NCBI GenBank assembly: GCA_002269645.1
Contig: NIVC01000491.1
Span: 62,001-126,000, forward strand
Direction of reading: 5' to 3'
From: Macrostomum lignano
Taxonomy: Eukaryota
DNA: 64,000 nt
This document shows, in pieces, positions 11,927 to 34,854 of the stretch. Below the pieces are notes generated by a model. The model had not been told where the DNA came from, did no database searches, and saw only the letters and a list, made by a program, of their open reading frames with translations. The stretch's first letter is position 1. Every line of letters begins with the position of its first letter. Made by a program: the position numbers and the translations under genes.

Positions 11927-14900
11927 CTTGCCCCCCTGTCCTGGCTTTCTTGGCACAGCAACTTTCGGATCGATCTGAAATGTCAACACAGATGCAATTG
12001 ATTAGTTTTAAAATAGAATAAGCTTCAAAAGTAGACAAAATATTTTGAGCATAAAAAACCACATTAACTACTACTTTATTGTCCCCAGAGCTCTGCAGCA
12101 GAGCCGGACTAGACTGTTAAAAAAACACTTGTACATCATAAAATTTAAAGAATAGTTACACTCTGCAGTGCCTCTTTGTCTCACAATTTTTCCACGTCAA
12201 ACCATGCCACTCTCCTCTCCACTCTCCCTCTGCCATCTCGTTCAATCCGACACAACACATTCACCCTTCTTCTCATACAAAATTTATGCAGTTTGAGACT
12301 TTGCCAGCTCATTAACTGAGTCCCTTAAAGCCCCCCCGCTCTGATGAAGCGGTTAACGAAAAAAAACTCTTCAATCCTTGATGAAGCAGCCTCTCGCTTT
12401 TTTTGTGTGCCAGGAAAGTTTCTGAGCACATTTCCCTGTAGGGAATTCAAATTACCAGTTGTATTACTCAGATCTGCAGCTCAGCCAACGCCTCAGCTAA
12501 TCTCTACTGTTATAGCGCTTTTGAGATTTACAAGGCTGCCAATTTTATTATCAGTGCAATTTAGATGCAGCCTAAACTAAATAACCCTTTAATCCTTTGC
12601 TAAAAATTATACGATGTACCACAGGGCTGGACTGGAAAAGTCTACCATCTGTTACATGAGGATCTGCTCAAATTACTCAATCCGTTCTACTCCCTTTCTC
12701 TACTGTGTTCCCCTGCCTCTGTCTGGACTGTCTTTACTTCTTCTTTCTATATAGTATTCTCTGCATCACCTCGTCTCCCCTTTTACCTGGCCTACAGATG
12801 GGCCGTCTACCCCCCTGTATTTCCTCATCCACCGCGCTCCCCTCGCCCGGATACAGTCTCGCCTCAAATTTTCTACCGCAACTACCCCTCCCACTCTCTC
12901 TCTGTCTCTCTGTCTCACCCCGCCTTCCTTTTTCCCTTTGCCCGCCTCCTCAAATGCGAGAGGGGGGGGGGCACAGATGCAGCGAGCGTCACTTTCTTTT
13001 CTCTCTGCCCCTCACACGGCCTCATCTTCTCTGCTTGCCGCCGGAGGGAAGGCGGGGCAGCAGGCGGCTTGTTCTAAAGCAGCAATCTGGGATAGGAGGG
13101 GCGGGTTCCTTTCTAACAAGGTACGCCGAATTGCTGCTGCTGCTGACGATGAAGTTTTCTGACAAAAAAACTCGACACAAATTCAACTAACTATGGGAGG
13201 AGACCGCCTGCGGCCATGGCTACATAGGAACCCTGGAGACTCATGCACAGCACAAAATCTACAGATATATATATATGTGTAGGCCTTTTGGAAGGGGAGA
13301 TTTAGCCGCGAGGAATCTTCTCGTCTCTTTTTTTCCTTCATCAAAGCCGAATCGAGGAGGGATAGGCCGGCCTAACAGAGGTCTAGCCTTAGGGCCTAGG
13401 AAAACTCGGAGTCTGCAAGCTTCATCTGTCCCCATCGTCTGCAGAGCTGCAGTAGAGAGAGAGAGTCGCTACTCCCGCTTGTTGCAGGCATTGAGTTTGA
13501 TTTTCACTGTTGGGCTCCTCAAACTTCCTTCTTCCTGCATAGCTGCTGCCGTTCTGCCGTGTGTGTGCTGACAAAATACACACCCGAACTCCCCCCCTGC
13601 CTCGCTAGATATACAACGAGAACGAGCGACGTCCAGCCTTTTGCTGCTTCAGTAAACTTTGACTATTCCTGCATCTTCTTCTGCCCCCTTTCTGTTAGCT
13701 GTTGGCTTTGCTTCCGCACAGTTTCTCCCTAAAACCTCGCTTTCCCACCTTTACACTTCATTCTATATAGTCAAGCCAAAGCCTCAGAAATCCCCCAGGA
13801 AACTCTGAAATATGCCAGTTACTTTTTCCTGAGTCCTTTTCCTTTCGATTTTTTTTCAGATCAGCCTCCTCCTACAGGAACAGGTGGCTGAGTGACTCGC
13901 GACTACAAATGCTTTCTATAGAACCCCATTTTCAACCCACTTTCTCTATCCTGAAGTTTGCTACTATCAACAACGGAATCCAGCAGGGGATCAAGGAAGT
14001 CAGTTGACTCCTCCACTCTCCAAGGAAACGTGAGAGCATAGTGACCAAACATTTTTCTTGCAATAGCTGGGCGCAAAACTTTGTTGGAGCTTCTATCTCT
14101 AAACGGTATATTCGGTACATATTAGAAACTGGTAAAATTCATTCAAGAGCTCTATATCAGTTCAATGCATGCTGCAATACAATACAATACGCCTTCGCTT
14201 CTGTGCCAACGTTTTGAGGTTTGAGTTACGCGAGCTTTGTGTGCTTAAGAAGTGTTTGCTTTATAAATGCTTATGCATCAACGCGACGCAGTACAGTAAT
14301 GCTGTTGAAGCTCCATCTAATACTCTCGATTATTGACATACACAGTGTAATAGAACCGTTGGTAAACGTCAAGCAATCTTAGAGTAGTTAAGAAAAGGAT
14401 TAATAAGCGAGCATGCATAATACCTTTTTAGACTCGAGAAAGTGTGGCGCGCTTTCCAACACTCTGTCAACGCTGCCGGGGTCAGCGAATGTGACGAAGC
14501 CAAAGCCTCTGCAGAGCGGGAGACAATGAATAGGATAGCATTTGCTTTTCTTTGCACATTACAATCTTCTGTCAGATCTTGTCTTCGAAAAAGCTCCTAA
14601 AACTGCAGCAGCAGCAGATGCTTAAAGTCACACGCTTCTAAAACCTCGAGATGGCATCGCAGCTCAAGCATCAGACCTGTGCACACCTTAACCCCCGGCT
14701 TCATCTCCGCATGTGTGGTTCGCATAAAACTTCGATGTTTGGTTTGTAAAATATAATGTAATTTGATATATGGGGGGTTCGTTTTTGAGATTTTCTAAAT
14801 TCAAGGAAGCCAAGAAAGTATATAGACATGGAAATGACGATATTTCTTAGTTGCATACATTATACTAGGGAGGAGAAGCTCTAAAGAGTGCTTTAGGGTT

Positions 14901-15518
14901 GAAAGAATAGAACAGTGGGAACTCATCACCTGCTGCTTTCATATTTTCGGTAGCTATGACTGCCTTTCATCGACAAGAAATTCCCCATTACCTAAAGAAA
15001 GGTGTCTTTATGTAGCTGAATTACAAAATTTATTATTGCGCTTACCTCGATCGCTTTGAAATTGGATCCTTCATTATCATGTACTCCTTAATTTCGCCAA
15101 ATTTTATAAAGTACTGATGCAACAGCTCTGAAACAGACGAAATGGTTGTTTTTTAAGGATTTTAAGTTTAGCGCTAGATTGAGGAAATTTCATAGATGCC
15201 AATGACTTTCAGTCACCTGGAGCAGTTGTTGGGCTAAGTCCTCCAACGAACATTTTTCTGGAACAATTGATAAAAACCAAAACGTTTATTTGAATACTAT
15301 CGAGTAGTTGATGTTCTAAAAGATACATGTATTTAACTGCATGTTTTTGTTCGAAACCGATGTAATCATTTAAATATACAGTACTCGTAATTTTTTGTCC
15401 CTTGATACTTAAGGATCGGATTAGATTCCAGTAAAAGTACTCACCCAGGATCGTTAGATCCAAGACCATTCATAGCCGCTTCCTCCGGGCTTCCACTTTC
15501 AATCGCATCCATTGTCAT
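11927..15518 (-). CDS. msi: Musashi-family RRM RNA-binding protein, 5' part (exons 1-5; remainder lies beyond base 1)
   Basis: Exons (minus): 15518-15445, 15257-15217, 15127-15046, 14508-14424, 11974-11927, all GT-AG with compatible phases. Joined protein: [110 protein letters not shown]. It has RNP2 (MFVGGL), RNP1 (RGFGFVTF) and the Musashi-type DPGKMF and IDPKVA.PR motifs. Not in the ORF track. I found no RRM2 exon in 1-11926. Confidence 0.92.
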
Positions 15519-18500
15519 GATGAATAAATTAAATGCAAACAAACAAGCTGAAAGATAATTTAGTTATAGTTATAGCGAAGCGAAGATGGCAGGTTCATTC
15601 GCCTGATATATGTCGCTAATGCTTCTGTGAAGTTGAGAGAGTTCGTTTAATATACACTGGCGAAGAAAGAAAATACAATCAGAATCTTGCAATCTATCTG
15701 AAGTAATCTAATTGGACGAAAAGTTTTGTGGAGTTCAAAAGATTGTCTAAGAGTTTTCGTGCTAATTTTTGAAAAGCATATTCGTTATAAAATAGTATTC
15801 AACTTATTTTAAAGCTTTTAAAATTACTTTCGTTTAAAAACGTTTTAGCTAAGCTTTTTTGTTTGTTATACCACGCAAATATTTAGCAAATTTTAAGCTC
15901 GTGAAATACGGAGAAAAAATCTTGCAAATTGCAGCTTGTACTCCCCTTGAGGGCCTCGCCCACAACGGCGCGAGTTTGAGCTTGTGGTAAATGATGGATA
16001 TAATTACTAATGCTTATATCTTGCTAATACCTGTTCATAATTTTAAATTGGAATATTTTCAACGTTTATTTGATATTTTTTTATCTCCGTTTCGATTATT
16101 AATCAATAATCAACCATTGCGTTGATAAGTCTTAAATTATACTTCTTAAAACCTTAAGACGAAGTGAAGACATAAACATGCTAGCCTTCATGCCACATGG
16201 TCAAGATAAGTAATAAAAAAGTTATCAAACTAAAATTAACAATGTAGTATTTTTATTTTTTTTAAATCAACATCTTATTCTTAGTAATGTATTTTGTTTT
16301 GCTTTATTTTTAAGTAGACTATCATGATCTGATGATCATTAATCTTAGGCCTAGGCCTATGAGTATGAGTAAGCCTAATAATTATTAATATTTTCGATTT
16401 AGGCTAATATTACTTGTATTTAGGCCTATCCATTTCATTTCTATGCTAAATAGTGAATAGCTAGGGGCCTAATATAATTTTGCTTTTTCAACTATCTAAC
16501 TATGTCTAAGCTGGGTCTGGGTCTAAACTTAAAGGCTAAGTATTACATTTATAAAAAATAGAAATAAAATTTTATATTATGAATATAATCCACTTTGGTA
16601 ATAGCCATTTTGGTAAAAGCCACCAGTAATAGTAGTGTGTAGATTTATGACTGTCAATAATAGGCCTAGTTTATATGTATAGTTATTAAGTTTAGCAATA
16701 ATTAGTTTATTAGTTAACATTTCAAATATCTTATTGCCACAAAAGGTTAAATTTTATAATTAAACTGTATTATAATTTGTTTAAACTTGCATGTTAATTC
16801 TGTAAAAAGTTTGAAGGTAACAAAAATTAAACCATGCAAGCTTGCATATATTGAAAATAAAATTTTTAAATAATTAATAAAGAAAAAAGTAGATTCTATA
16901 ATTTTAAGTTGCTATTTGCTAACTAGATCAGGGATTCTAATATATGTACAATATATAATATTTAGTTAATTAGAGGGATGTCTTGGTGTATCATATATCT
17001 AACTCATCTAGAAATTAAAATAGATTGGTTAAAACACTTTAAACAAGTAAACACATATAGATATGCATATATTTTGTTGTTCTTTTTAAAATTTTGTTTG
17101 CACATTCTTTTGGAGCATATCAATGAATATATACTATTCTCACTTGTTACCAAAGTGGCTATTATTGAAATGGCTATTACTGAAATTGAAATGGACTATT
17201 ACCTAATATTATTAGGCCTATTGCTTAGGCCAGGTCAGGAATTAGCCAAAATATTTGCAGCAATATTTGGTCAGATGACTAAACTAAAGTTTAGTAGAAA
17301 GATAGGAAGCCTAGTTTCTTAGAATTTTTTTAAAGGTAGGTTCTAAAAAATACACTATAAAGATAAGAAGTTTTCATTTTTCAGCACAAATTTTTTTATT
17401 GCTTTTGATAGGAGGCAGATCCAGTGTTTATCGTTTGATATGTTATGCCTTACTTATTGCTCTATTGAGATTTGTAAGCTTTTCATTCAAAGAATTTGGA
17501 TTCTATATTAATTTTTATTCAAGGCTATGTACATTTCTTGTATCTAACAATCATAAAAATGCATGGCATGGCACCAACCTTAGGTTTTATAAATATATTT
17601 TATCATCTATGGTACAAATATTTGTTACACAATACTAAACCTCTCTAACCTATAGAAGTTTCAGAAGTCTATAGACTTTATGCTTTTAGATTACTCAAAT
17701 TCGGCAGTTGATAGAAATCTTAATACTTTCAGTGGGTTATAACTTAATTGTTAGAGTAATAGAAGTATAATTGAAAAGTTGCTTGTTTGATTCTTGACCC
17801 ACTTGGAACAATTTGTATCTTTGAGCAAGACATTTAATTCTGTTGCTTTAGCTCACCATGCTATAAAGTGGGTATTAGTGAGGTGGGGATAGAGAATAGA
17901 AATAAGAATATGACAGTCATCTATAGTTCTGACACTAAGGAGGGGTGGTTTACTATATTCAATTTCTACCTGCATTTAGCTTGCACAATAAAGCCAGAAA
18001 AATTATGCAGTTAATTCTTATTATTTCCACCAAGTTACTTTGTTTGCTAGGATCTTCAATTCTAGGGGAGGGTAGTTGAAGTCATAGTTGAGCAGTCATA
18101 AATGGCATGGTCATTCAGATTCTGAGACACCATATGAGTATTCAATGCACCTCAAATAGCTTTAAAGCTTACTATAAGTAGTGTATTGCTGCCACCATGA
18201 TATAATTAATATATGGGATTCTCAGAACTTGCTTAGAGTTGAGAATTGATTATTTTGTGCCCTACAAGCAAAATATTCAAGATAATGTTAGGCTTATTGA
18301 TCAAACAATGCATTAAATATGGGTTATTTAGATTTTTTTTACTGGATAAAGTTCAATTGTTGAGCCAATAATATAGGATGGATTTAGGGGCCATGGTGCA
18401 GAGAGGCAAATTTAGTTGGTGTCTAGTAAGTAATAAAATAATAGCACTAAGCAGAAGAAAGGTTTGAAAAGCAAAAATGGGGAAAAGTTAGTTGTGTCCA

Positions 18501-18936
18501 ACTTACACAGAACATTAAATAGGGGGTGAATACCCCATTCCACAAGTAGGGCACATGATTTGGGGCAACAAGTGGGAAAAGCATTACAGACATTGGTTCC
18601 AGGTGTGGACTTGTTAAAAAAACAGCAGAAGTTAAGGCAAAAAATAATAGAAACCAGCAGAGGAGACAATGTATGGGGCATACAAAGGAGGAAGAAAGAC
18701 ACCAAGTGGGCCAAAGGCGGGGCCGATTGGGGGGACAAGGGTGACAACACTGTGGTCAGCGCTGGGGCACACTGGTAGCAAAATTTCCCAGAATAAATCA
18801 TAAAAATGTCATGATACAAGAAACCTACTATGCCAACTTTCAATCCATCTCAATTTTCACTGCATGAAAGTGCAGTTGCTTTTTACAAATTAATCTGCAA
18901 GTCCATATATACTGACAAAAAAACAATTGTGCCAAC

Positions 18937-21035
18937 ATGTTTCGCAACCAGTACGACCATGACGTCATCATATTTAGTCCCCAGGGTCGAATCCATCAGA
19001 TTGAGTATGCTATGGAAGCCGTGAAACAGGGCTCAGCCACTGTTGGAGTGAAAAATGGCACCCATGCCGCTCTGGTGGCACTTAAGAGAGCGCCATCTGA
19101 GTTGTCTTCTTTTCAGAAGAAGATTATACCAGTGAGTTTTTTGAATATCTATGAAGACTACGGAATTTAATTTAATAGCTGTTATGTGAGTCGTATAGAG
19201 TTAGAAGCCATGTCCTAGAAACTGGAGCCCGAATTTTTTTACTTTAGAATACTGACCCTCAGAAGCCTGTCAAGCCCGACCCTCAGAAGCCTGGCCCTCA
19301 GAAGCCTGGCCCTCAGAAGCCTGGCCCTCAGAAGCCTGGCCCTCAGAAGCCTAACCCTCAGAAGCCAGATCCTCAGAAGCCTGACCCTCAGAAGCCTGGC
19401 CCTCAGAAGCCTGACCCTCAGAAGCCTGGCCCTCAGAAGCCTGGCCCTCAGAAGCCTGGCCCTCAGAAGCCTGGCCCTCAGAAGCCTAACCCTCAGAAGC
19501 CAGATCCTCAGAAGCCTGACCCTCAGAAGCCTGGCCCTCAGAAGCCTGACCCTCAGAAGCCTGACCCTCAGAAGCCTGACCCTCTAAAAGCCAGACCCTT
19601 AGAAGCCTGACCCTCAGAAGCCTGGCCCTCAGAAGCCTGACCCTAAGAAACCCGACCTTTAATAGCCTGACTCTCAGAAGCCTGAACCTAAGAATCCTAA
19701 CCCTTAAAAGCCTGAAACTAAAAATCCTGACCCCCAGAATCCTGACCTCCACAGCCTGACCCTAAGAATGCTGACCCCCAGAGCCTGACCACAAGAATCC
19801 TGACCCCAATAAGCTTGATCTTCCGCAGTTGCAACTAAACAAACAAAACATCCCAGAAACTAGTCATTATTCTCCCGCCCTCCAAATTCAGATTGACAGC
19901 CACATTGGCGTATCGATCGCCGGACTGACAGCCGACGGTCAAGTGCTAAGCCGATTCGCTCGAGACGAATGCTTCAATCATCGTTGGGCCTACGACAGCG
20001 CCCTGACTGTTAGCCGTTTAGTTGATAATTTGGCCTCGAAATTGCAGGTACCAACTCAGGTGTACGGTAAGCGACCGTTCGGAGTTGGACTGCTGATTGC
20101 TGGCTTTGATATTGGCATTGGGCCGCGCGTGTTCTACCAGTGCCCGTCTGCTAACTATTACGATTGCAAGTCTATCGCTATTGGGGCCAGATCGCAGTCT
20201 GCTAGAACTTATCTGGAGGGTAAACTGGACGAGATTGCTGCCACAAAAACGCCTGAGGAGCTGATCAAGTATGTGTACTGCGATTTGTTTGACACTCTGC
20301 AAATATTTTGCTGTTAGTTGTCTACCCTAGTTCTGTAGTAGGTTTTGTCAGGCTACCTTAGTTCTGTAGTAGGTTTTGTCTGGCTACCTTAGTTATGTAG
20401 TAGGTTTTGTCTGGCCACCTTAGTTCTGTGGTAGGTTTTGTCAGGCTACCTTAGTTCTGTAGTAGGTTTTGTCAGGCTACCTTAGTTCTGTAGTAGGTTT
20501 TGTGTGGCTACCTTAGTTCTGTAGTAGATTTTGTCAGGCTACCTTAGTTCTGTAGTAGATTTTGTCAGGCTACCTTTGTTCTGTAGTAGATTTTGTCAGG
20601 CTACCTTAGTTCTGTAGTAGGTTTTGCCTGTTCTGTAGTAGTTTCTGTAGTGAGTAGAATGTTTCTATTTCTAGTATTTATAGTAGTACTTTTTGTATTG
20701 TTTATAATACATCTTACAGGGCGATAAGTGTCCGTAATTAAAACCATACTCCGTCTGCCCTCAGACACGGTCTAATTGCTCTGCGCAACACCCTGCCTAA
20801 CGAGATGGAGCTCAGCGTCAAGAACTGCTCAGTAGCACTCGTTGGCTCCGATATAGATTTCACCGTCTACGAAGACTCAGCTGTTGAGCCATATTTGGCT
20901 TTGATTCGCGAGGAGCCTTCAGCGGGCGCCGCCGACGATGGTCAACCGTCGACACAGTCGACTTCCGGCGATGGTGCCGCCGGCCCTGGCAGCAGTGGAG
21001 CCGCCGAAGGCGAGGTTCGGATGGAGGAGGCGTAA
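18937..21035 (+). CDS. PSMA1: 20S proteasome subunit alpha type-1 (alpha6), 280 aa
   Basis: Exons 18937-19131, 19892-20268, 20765-21035 (843 nt; intron phases 0 and 2). Diagnostic [82 protein letters not shown]. Confidence 0.97.
19251..19808. repeat. Minisatellite, 15 bp unit CAGAAGCCTG(G/A)CCCT in PSMA1 intron 1
   Basis: Tandem copies visible. Confidence 0.93.
20328..20632. repeat. Minisatellite, 31 bp unit TTAGTTCTGTAGTAGGTTTTGTCAGGCTACC in PSMA1 intron 2
   Basis: Period 31, about 10 copies. Confidence 0.92.
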
Positions 21036-21201
21036 TTAATGAAACTTGAAAGACTCTTCTATGATGTAGCAAATAATTAAATACCTATCTGTTTATGTTC
21101 TTGCTGTCTATCTACTCTGGGATGCAATTTAAAATATTATACGCTACATGTCGGTAGTTTAACTAAAAAGTTTTCAACTTTAATTTTCAGTTATTTAATT
21201 A

Positions 21202-21745
21202 TACGCTACATATCGGTAGCCTAGACATTGTCCACTTCCAGGGGAGGTTCCTATATCGTCCTGGGTTTAATTCCAACTTTTGTTTAATACGCTACATATC
21301 GGTAGCTAGACATTGTCCACTTCCAGGGTAGGTTCCTATATCGTACTGGTTTTAATTCCAACTTTTGTTTAATAGGCTACATATCGGTAGCTAGACATTG
21401 TCCACTTCCAGGGTAGGTTCCTATATCGTCCTGGTTTTAATTCCAACTTTTGTTTTATACGCTACATATCGGTAGCTAGACATTGTCCACTTCCAGGGTA
21501 GGTTCCTATATCGTCCTGGTTTTAATTCCAACTTTTGTTTAATACCGTACATATCGGTAGCTAGACATTGTCCACTTCCAGGGGAGTTTCCTATATATTC
21601 CTGGTTTTAATTTCAACTTTTGTTTAATACGCTACATATCGGCAGGTAGGCATTCTCAACTGCTAAGGCAATTCATATTTAATCCCCAGGCTCAAGCCTA
21701 AAAAAGGTAATTTGATACGCTACGTATCGGTAGTATAATATTGTC
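21202..21745. repeat. Tandem repeat, ~85 bp unit, between PSMA1 and GART
   Basis: ATCGGTAG recurs at 21212, 21298, 21383, 21468 and onward; about 6 copies with degenerate flanks. Confidence 0.9.
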
Positions 21746-22462
21746 CACTCCACAAACCCAGTGAATGTATCTATGTATCGAATACTAATAATTAAAGTGT
21801 AAAACGTGTTCGTTACATAAATTACGAACTTGTTTAGCTTGCTTTGTAAGCCTAGAATGAATAGAATGTCTCACGTAATTATTGCTTAAATTGGCGCCTG
21901 ATTTATTTTGTCTCTTAATAAAAGAGAACTATACTACTAGCCGGTTGAATATACTACTTATTCATATACTACTCAAATAAGCTCGAGAAGCATTTCTATT
22001 ATTATTATTCTTATTTCTAAATAAAGAAACGTAATTAGCATACATTCTGCAGCCTAAAATGAAAGGTCTTAGTTTCTTTATCTCCGTCAGTTGTTAATTT
22101 TTACTTACTAAATATTACTAAATTGGTAATGTATTTTGATATGCTCTATCCTGAACTGCAACCACCAAGTTGGCTGTTCCTGCTGTTTAGAAGCGTTTTC
22201 TTTTCTTCAAAACAATAAATATAAGCGAAATCCACGAAAAGTTAAGAATACAAACTAAGAGAAGTTGTTTGACTTGATACTTTAATCATATCATTAGAAA
22301 TTTGTAGACGCTAGAAATTAGGCTGCTAAACTGAACTTTCTGAGATATGAACTATGAAGCACCCTAAAAGATTTAAAGTTAATCCGTCGGGTTCTTATTG
22401 AGCAATTAGTCAAATTATGAATGCATTGTGCATAACCTTCGCATCATGCTATTTCATCATTC

Positions 22463-33208
<10,746 letters not shown>

Positions 33209-33333
33209 CCTGCACTGCCTTCCGTGTGCTGCGCTCCCGAGTTCCCGCTCTAATATTTTCAGTGAAGTTTTTCTACTTTAAGTAGCATGATACTGGTATG
33301 CTTGAAAAGTTTTTATAAATTTGTAATCTGATA

Positions 33334-33353
33334 TGTCTGTCTGTCTGTCTTAG

Positions 33354-33426
<73 letters not shown>

Positions 33427-33500
33427 GGCTGTCTGTCTGGTCCGTCTGTCTGTCTGTCTGGCTGGCTGTCTGTCTGGTCCGTCTGTCTGTCTGTCTGTCG

Positions 33501-33540
<40 letters not shown>

Positions 33541-33567
33541 GACTGTCTGTCTGTCTGTCTGTCTTAG

Positions 33568-33600
<33 letters not shown>

Positions 33601-33630
33601 GGCTGTCTGTCTGGTCCGTCTGTCTGTCTG

Positions 33631-33726
<96 letters not shown>

Positions 33727-33727
33727 G

Positions 33728-33767
<40 letters not shown>

Positions 33768-33768
33768 G

Positions 33769-33844
<76 letters not shown>

Positions 33845-33894
33845 GGTCTGTCTGTCTGTCTGTCTGTATGTCTGTCTGTCTGTCTGTCTGTCTG

Positions 33895-33946
<52 letters not shown>

Positions 33947-33947
33947 G

Positions 33948-33979
<32 letters not shown>

Positions 33980-33980
33980 G

Positions 33981-34032
<52 letters not shown>

Positions 34033-34033
34033 G

Positions 34034-34101
<68 letters not shown>
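33334..34101. repeat. (TGTC)n microsatellite downstream of the GART stop
   Basis: Interrupted TGTC run. Confidence 0.95.
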
Positions 34102-34854
34102 TTTCTGCCTTACCTTTTTATCATTAGTTGAATTGGATATTTAAAATCGAAAGTTGCAATCATTAAAACAATACCTAAATTAGCAATTATATGAAATTCT
34201 ATCATTGATTTTTTTTGCTGGAATTTCTACCAGTAAAGAAGTAAATTAATCGATTAGGTACATGCATTCGGAATACTTTTATTAAAATAATAATTCCTCT
34301 GTTTAACACAATTTTTGTCGATTTCCAGTGCATACTATTTATCGTTTGATTGTTCAGTAGAATAATGAGAGCTTTTCTCGCCAAATTTAGCTTGACCGGT
34401 GCATCTGTTTACCATTTTTTGCAGCTGTATCAGCAGTTTAGGACTTTGAAACAGTCTTGCGTGGATGGATTTGATCTCGAGTATCAGTTTTTGCTCCACA
34501 CTGCCTTTTTACGGTGAAATTATCAGCCTTTATCATAACATATGTTACTGTTATTAGTTTACTGATTTGTTCTAGTGGTTTCTTCGAAAGTTAGTAAAGT
34601 AGTATAACAGATGTACGAGTTTAAATAATGCTATCTGCTCATCTGATTTAGCAACAATAGTAAAATAACTAACACTTAGAATGAAAACTTAGGTAGCTAT
34701 TTTGCAAATTAGCTTTGATTGCAAAAAGTCTTAATTTTCTGATAATTGGACTTAGCCAGTTAATTTCTTTACCTATTATTTCACTTTTCCATTTATTAAA
34801 CGCTCATCAACCGTAAGAATCTCTAAACATCTCGGAGAATCCGCCCCCCCCCCC

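Noticed and set aside
4370-11978. Long ORFs at 4370-5125 and 10935-11978, and GA-repeat ORFs near 10.1 kb
   Set aside because: Minisatellite or microsatellite read-through inside the Musashi intron.
16978-18843. ORFs in the AT-rich Musashi-PSMA1 spacer
   Set aside because: They use non-ATG or weak starts, their composition simply reflects AT or purine bias, and there are no transposase or other motifs.
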